This document shows, piece by piece, positions 37,290 to 47,368 of a stretch of 64,000 nucleotides of DNA. The translations under genes were made by a program, and so were the position numbers. Below the pieces are notes generated by a model, which worked only from the letters and a program-made list of their open reading frames with translations, was not told the DNA's origin and did no database searches. This DNA is from Thermoplasmata archaeon (GTDB lineage Archaea; Thermoplasmatota; Thermoplasmata; Lutacidiplasmatales; SKW197): assembly GCA_026414225.1 (NCBI GenBank), contig JAOAJK010000002.1:13640-77639 (forward strand), given 5' to 3'. The number at the start of each line of letters is the position of its first letter. Position 1 is the stretch's first letter.

Positions 37290-38150
37290 TCACACAACCT
37301 CGAGCGAAAAATCTATGGCCCTGGCTGAATGCGTGAGCATTCCAGCAGAAATCACATCACAGCACCTCGCATACTTCTTTATGTTGGACCTGTTCACCCC
37401 TCCCGAGACCTCGACCACGATTCCCCTGTTAATTTCCTTGATTTTCCTGTATGCCTCTTCAGCATCGCTGAGCTTGAAATTATCCAGCATTATAATATCA
37501 ACTCCCAACCTGGCACAGCTCACGGCCTCCTCCATCGTCTTCACCTCAACCTCAATCTTCTTTGTGAAGGAGATATTCCGTGCAAGCTTCACAGCCTCCT
37601 CAATATCTCCCACAACTGCAATATGATTCTCCTTTATCAGCACCGCATCGCTGAGCGAGAAACGGTGGGGTTCTCCGCCCCCAATCATCACCGCCTTTTT
37701 CTCAAATTTTCTGAAACCTGGTGTGGTTTTCCGCGTGGCTGCAACCCTTATCTCTGGATTCACTTCTCTTGCCATCTTCACGAGTTCTGCGGTCATCGTG
37801 GCTATACCGCTCATCCGCATCAGAAAATTCAGGGCCAGGCGTTCCCCGAGCAGGATTTTCGAGGCATCACCAGCAACAAACATCACCTTTCTGAACTTTT
37901 CGATGGTATCTCCGTCTTTGAACTGCAATGTCACATTGCACCCGAGGTGCTCGAAAATCCGCTTCGCCTCCTCCAGCCCTGCCACAACACAATCCTCCTT
38001 GCACTGGACATAGGCTTTTGCATACCTGTTACCCTGAATAAGGGCAGCGCTGGTAATGTCCCCGAATGGGGCATCTTCATGCAGATATTTTTCAATTTCC
38101 TCGTCAGTGATACTCAAGTCGTTCATAATATCAGCAAATAGCATCGGCAC
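37290..38150 (-). CDS. nadC: Nicotinate-nucleotide pyrophosphorylase (quinolinate phosphoribosyltransferase)
   Basis: GDITSAALI, ATRKTTPGFR, LIKENH and LDNF motifs. Confidence 0.8.
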   Translation of the reverse strand: MPMLFADIMNDLSITDEEIEKYLHEDAPFGDITSAALIQGNRYAKAYVQCKEDCVVAGLEEAKRIFEHLGCNVTLQFKDGDTIEKFRKVMFVAGDASKILLGERLALNFLMRMSGIATMTAELVKMAREVNPEIRVAATRKTTPGFRKFEKKAVMIGGGEPHRFSLSDAVLIKENHIAVVGDIEEAVKLARNISFTKKIEVEVKTMEEAVSCARLGVDIIMLDNFKLSDAEEAYRKIKEINRGIVVEVSGGVNRSNIKKYARCCDVISAGMLTHSARAIDFSLEVV

Positions 38151-38169
38151 TAAAAAAGGTTTGGGCTTC

Positions 38170-40113
38170 TCAATCTCCGAAAAATTTTTTGATTGCCTCC
38201 CCGTGCTCCTCCACTTTTATGAGTCCCTCCAGAAAATCGGAAAAATGGACTGCCCTGCGGTCCAGAATGATGCCCACGCCTCTATCGGTCTCGTTCCTTA
38301 TCAATCTCCCGATTGCCTGCCGCATCTTTCTTGCGGTGGGAGCGTGCACCGTGTATTCCCAGCCCTTTCGGAATTTCATGTCGTAGTAAAGCTGGAGTGC
38401 CTTCTGTCTTGCGGACGGTTTCGGGTAAGGAATTCCAACAATCACCACAACCTCCAGTTGCCTGTCTGGAAAATCCATTCCCTCGCTCAATCTTCCCCCG
38501 GCAACCGCAAACATCACCTTGGCCCTCGTGCAATCCCTGAACCGCTCAACCATGGTCCCCATTTCCACACTGCTCAGCTCACGGTTCTCCACATAGACAT
38601 CCTTCTCAATCCTGTTCTCAATTCCGGATGCGATAAACCTATCCAGAAGAGCAAAGCTCGGAAAAAACACAATCATGTTTCTTTCTGTGGAATTGCAGAT
38701 TTCCACGACCTTCTCCCCAATGTGGTCAAGGATTTCAGGGAATGTGGAGATTTCCTCGTATCTAGTCGTAATGGTCGGGTCATACAGCAGGAGCAGATTT
38801 TCCTTAGGAAATGGAGATGGCAGGGAGAGGAGCACGCATCTTTCCTTCCCGAGACCCATGCTGTCCCTGTATTCTGCAAGGGGTGCAAGCGTGCCTGACA
38901 TGTGGATGCTCGCATGGACCGAACAGAGTGGGAGGGCAGCCACACCAGGGTCCAGGCAGAACCCGAGAATCTCAGGATTATCTCCGCCCCGGACAAGTTT
39001 CGTGTATTCCTCTCCAGTTATTGTAAACCACGAGAGCATGAAGTTGGCGACGGCCCGCATGTAGGAGCGGGGAAGCTTTCGTTCGAGCCGTTTTCTCTCG
39101 CTGTAAATCTCACCCGTTTGCAGAAGGTCCAGAATAATTGCTTTCAGCTTGTTTGAATCCACTTTCAATCTGGAGAGAATGTGTGTCTCGACATAGTCAG
39201 GCGGCACGAACCCCTCTTCCTCCTTAGCAAACTCCTCCGCACATTCAATCAGCATCTTTTCAATTTCGCCCAAGAACAGGGTGGCAGGTACAATCTTTCC
39301 CACCACGGGGTCTCCCATCTCCTCCGCCTCGTTGATTGCCGCATGCACCGTAAACCTGCTTAAACCGATGCTCTGCAGCTCCCTGCAGTAGTCCAGCATG
39401 TTGTGGGCTTCGTCTATTACCACGATTAGATGCTCTGGCCTTGCGTTCCACCATGTAAGGAGTGCCCTCTGGATGTGGGGCATGAAGAAGTAGGCGTAGG
39501 GGGCAACGACCACATCTGCGTCCTTCAAGTTTGCCTTTATCCACTCGTACGCGCAGAAGTTATGCTCCCTGGCATGCTGGTATACCTCCTCGACACTGTT
39601 CACTCTTTTCGAGAAACTGAACTCAGGATTATCGGCAGTTAGCAAATTTGCAAAGAACGGGCATCCTTCAGATACCTCCAGAATTTTACCGCTATCTTCA
39701 TCCACAAAGAAAATTTCGGTGCTGGCCGGGGCAGTTGCTAAACTTTTCAGGGTGTGCTTCTTTCTATCCCTGCAGAGCTTGGCTAGCTCCTCTGAAACTG
39801 CGGACTCAAATTCCTTGAACAGCATGCAGAGATTTACCCTGCCCTGGAGTCCGAGGGCCGTGAACTCTGTTTTTTCACGGATTTTTTTCAATTCCTTGAA
39901 GACCTGTTGCTGTTGCGTGTTGGTCTTCGTGAGGTAGAGCACTTTTTTTCCATGGCTTATCGCATACTCAACGCAGGGGACAAGGACCGCAACCGTTTTT
40001 CCGCTGCCCGTGGGCGAATCAATCAGCACATGTTGCCTTCCTGAAAGGGCTTTCCTGACAACCTCCACAATTTTTTTCTGGTTCTCTCTAGGTGTGTAGG
40101 GAAAAGATTGCAT
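38170..40113 (-). CDS. xpd: XPD/Rad3-family (DinG-like) 5'-3' DNA helicase with Fe-S domain
   Basis: Walker A DSPTGSGKT, DEAH-box-like VIDEAHNM, four Cys (C..C..C...C) between motifs Ia and II, and a C-terminal HD2. Confidence 0.8.
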   Translation of the reverse strand: MQSFPYTPRENQKKIVEVVRKALSGRQHVLIDSPTGSGKTVAVLVPCVEYAISHGKKVLYLTKTNTQQQQVFKELKKIREKTEFTALGLQGRVNLCMLFKEFESAVSEELAKLCRDRKKHTLKSLATAPASTEIFFVDEDSGKILEVSEGCPFFANLLTADNPEFSFSKRVNSVEEVYQHAREHNFCAYEWIKANLKDADVVVAPYAYFFMPHIQRALLTWWNARPEHLIVVIDEAHNMLDYCRELQSIGLSRFTVHAAINEAEEMGDPVVGKIVPATLFLGEIEKMLIECAEEFAKEEEGFVPPDYVETHILSRLKVDSNKLKAIILDLLQTGEIYSERKRLERKLPRSYMRAVANFMLSWFTITGEEYTKLVRGGDNPEILGFCLDPGVAALPLCSVHASIHMSGTLAPLAEYRDSMGLGKERCVLLSLPSPFPKENLLLLYDPTITTRYEEISTFPEILDHIGEKVVEICNSTERNMIVFFPSFALLDRFIASGIENRIEKDVYVENRELSSVEMGTMVERFRDCTRAKVMFAVAGGRLSEGMDFPDRQLEVVVIVGIPYPKPSARQKALQLYYDMKFRKGWEYTVHAPTARKMRQAIGRLIRNETDRGVGIILDRRAVHFSDFLEGLIKVEEHGEAIKKFFGD

Positions 40114-40117
40114 AGGA

Positions 40118-40828
40118 TTACTTTGCCACTATTTCAAACTCAAAGTTGGGTGTAATTACAAGCGGGTAGTATTTCCTGTCATGCTTGGTCTCCCTCATTT
40201 TCACCACACCAACAAACAGGTTCATCACACTGTTTATTCTCCGGAGGTCCGTGTGGATGATGCCGTCCGCAAGAAATTCCTCAACACCGTACTGTCCATA
40301 CTCGCTGTCTTCGCCCTTCATCTCGGTTATTAAAAACGCAGTTAGATTCATGTCCCTCAAGGTCTCGAAAAAGTAGAACAGCTGGTCTCTTGGGTTCTTC
40401 ATGTCGGAAATTGCGTAGAGCGCGTTGAGCGAGTCCAGGGCAAGAAAATCAAACCCAATATCCTGCTTGAAGGTCTTAATCTGGTTAATCAGCGACTCAA
40501 GCCAGTCCACTTTTTCGCTCGGAAACTCTTTCAGCTGCTTTCTCAAAAACCCGAGGTCAATTATTGCAAATTTGTCCTCTATCTCGGCCAGTTTCATTCC
40601 CACCTTTCCAGCCCTGCGGAGAATCAGGTTTCTCTTTTCCTCAAGAGAGATGTAGAGAGCTTTTCCGTTTCCGCGTGTCACATTTTCATAGAGGGCGTGG
40701 AGCACCAGGAGGGTCTTCATGCTTCCCGCTACCCCGCTCACTAGCACGACATGCCCATTTGGAATCCCTCCCTCCATCTTTTCGTCGAGTCCTTTTATGA
40801 ATGTGGGAATTCTGTCCATATCTAACAC
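40118..40828 (-). CDS. KaiC/RadA-like single-domain RecA-superfamily ATPase
   Basis: Walker A GVAGSMKT and Walker B hydrophobic-DSL, with a KaiC-like fold. Length 236 aa. A 4-nt gap separates it from xpd. Confidence 0.7.
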   Translation of the reverse strand: MLDMDRIPTFIKGLDEKMEGGIPNGHVVLVSGVAGSMKTLLVLHALYENVTRGNGKALYISLEEKRNLILRRAGKVGMKLAEIEDKFAIIDLGFLRKQLKEFPSEKVDWLESLINQIKTFKQDIGFDFLALDSLNALYAISDMKNPRDQLFYFFETLRDMNLTAFLITEMKGEDSEYGQYGVEEFLADGIIHTDLRRINSVMNLFVGVVKMRETKHDRKYYPLVITPNFEFEIVAK

Positions 40829-40832
40829 CTCG

Positions 40833-41087
40833 TCATGATGCCTGGTTTGACTTTTTCTCGATGATTTTTATCAAACCATCATAAATTTTTGCTGCAAATT
40901 CTTCTCCGCTCATGCCCACACATACCTTCCTGATTTCGTCAGCAAGTTTGAGGTATTCATCTCTTGAGAGGTCGCTTTTGCCGTTGAGACCGAGTTTCTT
41001 CTTCTGCATCTTGATTGTGGCACGCACCATATCCCCAAACATCATGCGGAGATATTCTTCAATTGCTGAATCAAGGTCTGTAGTCAT
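40833..41087 (-). CDS. Small helical hypothetical protein upstream of the KaiC-like gene
   Basis: ORF only. A 4-nt gap separates it from the KaiC-like gene. Confidence 0.3.
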   Translation of the reverse strand: MTTDLDSAIEEYLRMMFGDMVRATIKMQKKKLGLNGKSDLSRDEYLKLADEIRKVCVGMSGEEFAAKIYDGLIKIIEKKSNQAS

Positions 41088-41247
41088 GGTTCACCACAAT
41101 TCTTGAATGTCAATGGCATATATAATCTTTTTTAAAAGTGGAAACGAATCCACAGAACAGCTGACAATCACAGCATCGCCAGAGAAAACGGAGGGAAAAT
41201 GTGGAGAATTGGAAGGGAAGAGATTTTATGGACCCGAAAAATCCGGT

Positions 41248-41392
41248 TTTACTGGCCACCGATCTTGAAGACCTTAGTGCCGCAGTTTGGGCAGACACCC
41301 TGCATTGCTGGCTTTCCGTTTTTCATTGTTACTTTCTGAGCATTCTTCATCTCAACCTTCTTTTTGCATTTTACACAGTAAGCTTCTACCAT
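41248..41392 (-). pseudogene. Frameshifted small double-CxxC zinc-ribbon gene (DUF5679-like, about 47 codons)
   Basis: The minus strand reads MVEAYCVKCKKKVEMKNG, then a +1 shift continues as AQKVTMKNGKPAMQGVCPNCGTKVFKIGGQ*. An extra G in AATGGCTCAG breaks the frame between the two CxxC knuckles. Confidence 0.35.
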
Positions 41393-41574
41393 GGTTTTCA
41401 CCGAGGTGAAGGATAGTTGAGGGATATTTAAGGATAACTATGTTGTGGTCCTGGGCGGGATAAATGGAGGAACTGGGCATTTGAGATTAGTTCAAAAATC
41501 CCCCGAAAACTGAGCCAACACAATGCCTTTGCGATAAAGTTTAAATCCGATTTAGGATATGGGCACCGTGCAAA

Positions 41575-41649
41575 GGGCTCGTAGCTTAGACAGGATATAG
41601 CACTGGCCTTCTAAGCCAGGGGTCTCGGGTTCAAATCCCGACGGGCCCG
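41575..41649 (+). tRNA. tRNA-Arg (anticodon TCT)
   Basis: Acceptor is GGGCTCG/CGGGCCC with one G-U pair, anticodon stem CTGGC/GCCAG with loop CTTCTAA, and T-arm TCGGG-TTCAAAT-CCCGA. A TATA-like tttaaat lies about 30 nt upstream. Confidence 0.7.
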
Positions 41650-41733
41650 TTATAATCTAAGATGCCCGTCTTACTCGCAACAGTGGGCGACAATAAACAG
41701 AAATTGGCCACTTTCTGACCAACACTTTTCGGA

Positions 41734-42966
41734 TTGGTTATATACACGGTGGTGTTTTTCGTTACTGTGACACAGCACAATCTCCTTAAAAACAGGGACT
41801 TCGTGAAGTTGCTGATAGCCCAGGGAGTATCCGATTTCGGGGATGGCGTAGCTTTCCTGGGTTTCATAATGATAGCCCTTTATGTTTACTCAGGAGGTGC
41901 ATTTGAAACCAGCATTATTTTCATCTCCCTATCCCTTCCTGTAATTCTGGTCGGCCCCTTTGCAGGTGTTTTTGTGGATAGATGGAACAGGAAACACGCG
42001 ATGATTGCCTCGGATGTCTTGAGGGCGATAGCCGTCTGCATACTCCTGGTGGTGTCTACCCTCTGGTCCATCTATATCGTCTGTTTCGTGATTTCCACCC
42101 TTTCCAGATTTTTTTATCCATCCAGGGGTGCAATCATCCCCAACATTGTGGGCAAAGAAAATGTGCTCAGGGCGAATGCAATGTCCCAGTCAGTGATGTA
42201 TGCGATGAATGTAATCTCCCCTTCCGCAAGTGGTTTGCTGATTGCAATGTTTGGGGTTCAGAGCGTCTTCCTGATTGATGCTGCCTCCTATCTGTTTTCA
42301 GCGGTGATGGTGATGTCATTGAAATATACCGAGAAGCCAGGAAACCATCTGCCCGCAAGTGTGAATACGGTGGTAAAGGGTATGAGGGGAGGAATGCGGA
42401 TTTTGCTGCGAACTCCACCCGTCAAATACATCATTATTTCCTTTTCAGTCATCATGTTGTTCGCTGGAGCTGTTAATGTACTCTACCTCCTTTTTGTGAG
42501 GGATGTGATGCATCTGAACATTGTGTGGGTTGGCTATCTCGAGACCATCTTCGGGATTGGTGCCGTCATGGGAGGTGTAGTCATCACATCGCTTCCAAAA
42601 ACCACAAAGAATGCAGACCTCCTCGTCGCGGGTACATTCAGCGGCGCCCTCATAGCCCTCCTCGCCCTCTTTCCCCATCTGTATATCATTGTGCCAGGCT
42701 TCTTTTTTGTGGGGTTCTTCATGGTGTTTATCAACACGCCCCCCGCTGCAATCGTCCAGAAGACAATCCCGGATAGGGCAAGAGGAAGGGTGCTTTCGGT
42801 GATGAACGCCACCTTCCAGACAATGAGTTTGGTTTCGATGCTTACGGTATCTGCAATCCTGGCATTTGTTGACATTGTTTCTCTGTTCATCTTTGGTGGA
42901 TGCATGCTCTTTGTTCTCGGGCTTATCCTGTTCGAGAGGAAGAAGGTACGGGAGATGCTGGGATAA
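41734..42966 (+). CDS. MFS transporter
   Basis: 12 TM helices and a DRWNRK-type motif A. Confidence 0.7.
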   Translation: MVIYTVVFFVTVTQHNLLKNRDFVKLLIAQGVSDFGDGVAFLGFIMIALYVYSGGAFETSIIFISLSLPVILVGPFAGVFVDRWNRKHAMIASDVLRAIAVCILLVVSTLWSIYIVCFVISTLSRFFYPSRGAIIPNIVGKENVLRANAMSQSVMYAMNVISPSASGLLIAMFGVQSVFLIDAASYLFSAVMVMSLKYTEKPGNHLPASVNTVVKGMRGGMRILLRTPPVKYIIISFSVIMLFAGAVNVLYLLFVRDVMHLNIVWVGYLETIFGIGAVMGGVVITSLPKTTKNADLLVAGTFSGALIALLALFPHLYIIVPGFFFVGFFMVFINTPPAAIVQKTIPDRARGRVLSVMNATFQTMSLVSMLTVSAILAFVDIVSLFIFGGCMLFVLGLILFERKKVREMLG

Positions 42967-43011
42967 ACATCCATTCCAAATCTTAAAATATCCTTTTTCC
43001 ATTTCCCCCTC

Positions 43012-44091
43012 ATGCCAGAGGATGCAATTCAGAGAGTGGTCCAGGCGTTGAAGGACCTGGGCACCGGTGCTCCGGGCGTTCCTTACTTCCACGAAGGCAT
43101 ATACACACCTGTGGGTTTTGAGAGAGCGAATTTTCGGGTAATAGGAAATCTAATGGCAGGCATCCAGAAAAAAATCGTATGTGTGGACGGCGGAAATCTC
43201 GAAATTCTTTCTACACCTGGTTTTTCAATTTCTGTGATAAGGGTCGCAGGTATTGCCTTCAAAGGGTTTGAGCGGGCAAAAAACAGATTTCCGCAGAGGG
43301 TGGAGTGCTTCTGTATTGTGAAAACTGTTTTTGAGGGTAAAGAAAAGAAGTTCCAGATTTCATACTTTCCGGTTAAGGAAGAGCATGCAGAGTTTCTCCC
43401 AGGTGGTTACACGCTCTCTACGGAACCAGGCAGGATTGAGGCACTGTGGGAACTGAATCTCAAGCCCCTTTCTGCAATCTCGAACCACGCGAGAAAGTAC
43501 GCGGAATGGTTCTATCTCAAACGGATTCTTGAATTTCTGGAAGAGGGGGATGTAGTGCTTCGGGATGGAATTTTCCAGGTGAGCGATGAAATCGAGGCAG
43601 GAATTGCGAAGGAGATTTTTGAGAAAGCGAGAAACAGAAAGGTGGGACTTGCAGCCCTTGCGAAGACCACTTCTCTCCTCACAGACACAGGAATGCCTGT
43701 TGTTCAGGTGCTCCAGACCCTTGCAGACCAGTGGCAGATTGAAGCCCCCTGGTATTACTTTCCGGTTGCAGAGAACCTGGACCCCGATGTTAATGCCGAT
43801 ATTTACTTTGTGAAATTCTGCAATTCAATGGACTATGCCTTCAGGTTTGAAGTGATGAGACAAACGCTACCGGACCCCTTCCCTCTGCTCACCTTCCTCC
43901 ATGCCCACAGCCAGAACTGCATCTTTCCCGGCTATCCCTACATTCTCGTTGCCGCGGATAAAATTGCAAGGGTAGAGCAGAAGGAGGGTAAACCTTTATA
44001 TCTCCGCCTCCTCTCATTGCTTGGCAAGGACAGAAGAATCCGGAGAGCGATAAAGTCGCTCGATGCCCATGAGATGATAAGCAAGTACTGA
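43012..44091 (+). CDS. nurA: NurA-family 5'-3' nuclease (RNase-H-like)
   Basis: 359 aa. A candidate motif-I Asp sits in IVCVDGGNLEIL near residue 60, where NurA carries its catalytic Asp. It is immediately upstream of the herA-like gene with a 9-nt gap. Confidence 0.5.
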   Translation: MPEDAIQRVVQALKDLGTGAPGVPYFHEGIYTPVGFERANFRVIGNLMAGIQKKIVCVDGGNLEILSTPGFSISVIRVAGIAFKGFERAKNRFPQRVECFCIVKTVFEGKEKKFQISYFPVKEEHAEFLPGGYTLSTEPGRIEALWELNLKPLSAISNHARKYAEWFYLKRILEFLEEGDVVLRDGIFQVSDEIEAGIAKEIFEKARNRKVGLAALAKTTSLLTDTGMPVVQVLQTLADQWQIEAPWYYFPVAENLDPDVNADIYFVKFCNSMDYAFRFEVMRQTLPDPFPLLTFLHAHSQNCIFPGYPYILVAADKIARVEQKEGKPLYLRLLSLLGKDRRIRRAIKSLDAHEMISKY

Positions 44092-44100
44092 GGGGTTTCT

Positions 44101-45636
44101 ATGGATGTATGTGGACAGATTGTTTATGGAAGCTTCGGAGAGATTCTGATAAGGGCAAAGAAAGACGCGAAAATTGAGATTGGAAGTTTGCTGGTTGCCG
44201 GCGAAAATCCTGCCTATCTCCTGCAGGTGTATGACCTGGAATACGGAAGCCAGCTTGAGAAAACCCATCTTGAGCTTACCAGCGGGTTGCAGATAGAGAA
44301 TAAAGAGAAGCTGGAGTTTATTGAAGGTGAAATCCAGAACTATGTGATTGCAAGAGCAAAGGCAGTGCTGGAGGTGAGGAAGGATGGTGGTAGGGAAAGG
44401 GTGGGAGTTCCCAAGCGACTACCAGAATTCTTCGGCACCGTTCAAGAAGTTACCCCAGAGTTTCTCTCCTTTCTTGAGAAGGAAAATGAGGACGGGGTGT
44501 TTCTCGGCAATTTGCGCAGCGGTTCCAGGATTCTCCCGATTCCGGTTCGGATTCCCCTAGAAGAATCGCTCACCCACCATATTCTCATAACCGCAACAAC
44601 CGGCAGGGGAAAAAGCAATCTCCTGAAGGTGATGCTGGCGAGCATTCTGAAAACCAGGAAATGCGGGGTGTTAATCATTGACCCCCATGACGAATACTTC
44701 GGGAGGAGCGGGAAGGGATTGAAGGATTTGGAGGGTGCAGATGAAAACCTCGTGTATTACACGCCCCACACTGGAAATTTGCATGCGAGAAATGTGCGCC
44801 GCTTACTTGTAAATGCGGGAGATATAAAACCCTGGGATTTCGGAGGAGTTGTTGCCCTCTCGGATGCCCAGAGCCAGGGAATGTATGTGCTTTACGGGAA
44901 AGCGGGGGAGGAATGGCTCCTCACCCTTTTTGATGAAGAACCGGAGGCACTTGCGGGGAAGCTGGGCACTGTCCAGGTAGATACTGTAGCCGCCCTCAAG
45001 CGGAAACTAAGTTTTGCGATGGAGCGTTTTTACGGCGACGAGAGCAAGACGATTTTTACCATCCAGTCAGGCCTCGGTGTGAACACGATCTCAGAGATTG
45101 TGACCATGCTCACCGATGGTAAAAAGGTTGTAATTGATGCATCCTCCCTGAGCAATGAAGCCGAGCTTCTGCTAGCCAGCGCATTAGCTAGAAGGATTTT
45201 TGAGGAGTACAAGCAGAGGAAGAAAGACGGGACTCTGGAGCAGAGCCCTGTGGTGAGCATTGTGCTGGAGGAGGCACCGAGGGTGCTTAGAAATGAGGAA
45301 AGCATCTTCAGCAGCATTGCAAGGGAGGGCAGGAAGTTCAGAATAGGATTGATTGGAGTAACCCAGCTTGCCTCTCTTATACCGGGCGAGGTGCTTGCAA
45401 ACATCAACACCAAAATCATCCTCGGTACCGAGATGCAGCTCGAGAGAAAAACCCTGATTGAATCTGCCTCCCAGGACATTTCTACAGATGCGAAGCTGAT
45501 TGCAAGCCTGGAGAAGGGTGAAGCCCTTGTAACTTCCATTTTCACAAAGTTTGCAATTCCGATATACGCACCGCTGTTTGAGGCAGCATTTCGACAGAAA
45601 GAAAAAAAGGAGAAAAAGCTGCTGATAGGATATTAA
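44101..45636 (+). CDS. herA: HerA-family (FtsK/HerA superfamily) hexameric ATPase/helicase
   Basis: Walker A TGRGKSN, then the HerA-typical IIDPHDEY about 30 aa downstream. An N-terminal barrel region and C-terminal helical region are present. Length 511 aa. Confidence 0.8.
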   Translation: MDVCGQIVYGSFGEILIRAKKDAKIEIGSLLVAGENPAYLLQVYDLEYGSQLEKTHLELTSGLQIENKEKLEFIEGEIQNYVIARAKAVLEVRKDGGRERVGVPKRLPEFFGTVQEVTPEFLSFLEKENEDGVFLGNLRSGSRILPIPVRIPLEESLTHHILITATTGRGKSNLLKVMLASILKTRKCGVLIIDPHDEYFGRSGKGLKDLEGADENLVYYTPHTGNLHARNVRRLLVNAGDIKPWDFGGVVALSDAQSQGMYVLYGKAGEEWLLTLFDEEPEALAGKLGTVQVDTVAALKRKLSFAMERFYGDESKTIFTIQSGLGVNTISEIVTMLTDGKKVVIDASSLSNEAELLLASALARRIFEEYKQRKKDGTLEQSPVVSIVLEEAPRVLRNEESIFSSIAREGRKFRIGLIGVTQLASLIPGEVLANINTKIILGTEMQLERKTLIESASQDISTDAKLIASLEKGEALVTSIFTKFAIPIYAPLFEAAFRQKEKKEKKLLIGY

Positions 45637-45714
45637 ACTGTTATTGTTTCCATCATTTCTTGATTTCACCTGCACTATTGTGAAAACTATATATATCCGA
45701 TTTAGTTCAGCGTA

Positions 45715-46719
45715 GTGATGCAGCAGGACTTCGAGAGGGAACTGACGCTGGCAATGAACTGCCATGAGAAGGGAAATTCAAGGAAGGCCCTTGCATTGAT
45801 GAAAAAAATAAGGGAGAAATACACCGAGAAGCAGAATTTATGTAAGGTCTCTTTCCTTGAAGCGACCATCTACTATGACAACAACCGCTGGAAAAAGGCG
45901 GCAGAAAGATATGCCCGGGCAATCGAGGTCTGTGAAGACCCTGCGATGAAAATAAGGGCAATTAACGGGATTGCAAGAACCTACTGGCGACTGGGAAAAT
46001 ACGAAGAAGCGGTGGGCATGCTTGTCGATGCGGCCGAAGAGATTGCAAAAATAGATGATAAAAAGCTTGCCGGGGAGAGTAATATAAATATAGGGAATAT
46101 CTACCTTTCGATGGGAGATTATAGAGGTGCCATCCGCCATTTTGAGATGGCCATAAAAATCCTCACGGAAATTGGAGATGAATACCAGCTTTCCAGGGCT
46201 TACAACAACATCGGTGAGGCGAACAAGCTATCCGGAAATGTGGCTGAAGCAGTTCATTTTTACGAAAAAGCCCAGGAACTCGGGAAGAAATCAGGCAACA
46301 TTCGTATCTGGGGCTATGCCACTGAGAACCTTGCGGAATGCTATGCGAAGCTTCACAACTTTGAAAAAGCAGCGGAAAATGCGGAGCAAGCGTTGAAATA
46401 CTTCAGAAAAATGAAGGACACGATGATGACAGGAGTCACTTTCATGGCTTATGGAATGATATTCAGGGAAATGAAGGACTTTAAGAGGGCTGAGAAATAC
46501 TTCAAAAAATGCTTTGCCTACCTGAAGAGGGCTGAGGGTTACAATGATCTGATATTCACATACCTTGAGTATTCACGATTGCTCTGGGCAGAGGAGAAAT
46601 ACGGTTCTGCGATAAAAGTTCTTAAAAGGGCTGAGAAACTTGCGGTTAAACTCAATGCAACTAATATAATAGGAGAGATAAGAAAGGAAATCAAAAAATG
46701 CGAAATGATGGGAGAATAA
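45715..46719 (+). CDS. TPR-repeat protein
   Basis: About 8 TPR units (AxxYxxxGxxYxxxGxYxxAIxxYEKAL periodicity). GTG then ATG at 45718. TATA actatatata about 25 nt upstream. Confidence 0.7.
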   Translation: MMQQDFERELTLAMNCHEKGNSRKALALMKKIREKYTEKQNLCKVSFLEATIYYDNNRWKKAAERYARAIEVCEDPAMKIRAINGIARTYWRLGKYEEAVGMLVDAAEEIAKIDDKKLAGESNINIGNIYLSMGDYRGAIRHFEMAIKILTEIGDEYQLSRAYNNIGEANKLSGNVAEAVHFYEKAQELGKKSGNIRIWGYATENLAECYAKLHNFEKAAENAEQALKYFRKMKDTMMTGVTFMAYGMIFREMKDFKRAEKYFKKCFAYLKRAEGYNDLIFTYLEYSRLLWAEEKYGSAIKVLKRAEKLAVKLNATNIIGEIRKEIKKCEMMGE

Positions 46720-46720
46720 C

Positions 46721-47368
46721 TTGGAGTACGCAGAGATAAAATCAATCATGAAGCTAGGTGCGCTTGCAATGTCAGTTTTACTCACATTACTGATAGGTCT
46801 CAACATAAGGGCAAGGAAGGTCCACATTTATGCATGGACCGCTGCGTGGGCAATGATTTCGCTCAGAACCTTTGTTTCTCTCTCCGAGCCACTCCCGCTC
46901 GCCATCGCATTTTTAAGGGATTTGTTGATCGTACTCGCGGATGTGCTTTTCTATGTGGGCATCGCTCATCTGCTCGAAATGGACACCCATTACAAATATA
47001 TCATTCCCCTCTTTTTCCTCTTCCTCCATTTAGGAGTATCTGGAATTCTGTACCTCTTTTTCGAAAGTTCTCTGTACGGGGCCACATTCACGAACCTGTT
47101 TTCAAATCCAGTTCTTCTGTTTATCGTGTTCTATTTTTTCAATGAGGGCAGTGTCAGAACAGGGAATTTAGGGCTCAGGGTCATAGGGCTTGGTTTCCTC
47201 TTATGGGGAATTGACTTTGCAATTTTCGGGCCCCTTTATTACGGGGCCGGTTATGTATTTGCGGGGATGTGTGGCTGGACCATCGGGTTCATTGCAAGGT
47301 TAATAATCCTGCTAGGTTTCGTGCTTATCCTCCCGAAGAGAACGCTTGGAAAAATCACTGCTTCCTGA
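46721..47368 (+). CDS. 6-TM membrane protein, unknown function, adjacent to TPR gene
   Basis: The start sits 2 nt after the TPR gene stop. It is hydrophobic throughout. Confidence 0.4.
   Translation: MEYAEIKSIMKLGALAMSVLLTLLIGLNIRARKVHIYAWTAAWAMISLRTFVSLSEPLPLAIAFLRDLLIVLADVLFYVGIAHLLEMDTHYKYIIPLFFLFLHLGVSGILYLFFESSLYGATFTNLFSNPVLLFIVFYFFNEGSVRTGNLGLRVIGLGFLLWGIDFAIFGPLYYGAGYVFAGMCGWTIGFIARLIILLGFVLILPKRTLGKITAS

Noticed and set aside
41110-41298. 62-aa minus-strand ORF from the track
   Set aside because: It is a different frame from the zinc-ribbon microgene. It is Ser/Phe-rich with no motif, so it is probably spurious.
41400-41470. Short inverted repeat ATAGTT...AACTAT and duplicated AAGGATA in the intergenic region upstream of tRNA-Arg, considered as a C/D-box or other sRNA
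   Set aside because: No C box (RUGAUGA) and D box (CUGA) pair in the correct arrangement. The 6-bp stem is too weak to call a structured RNA.
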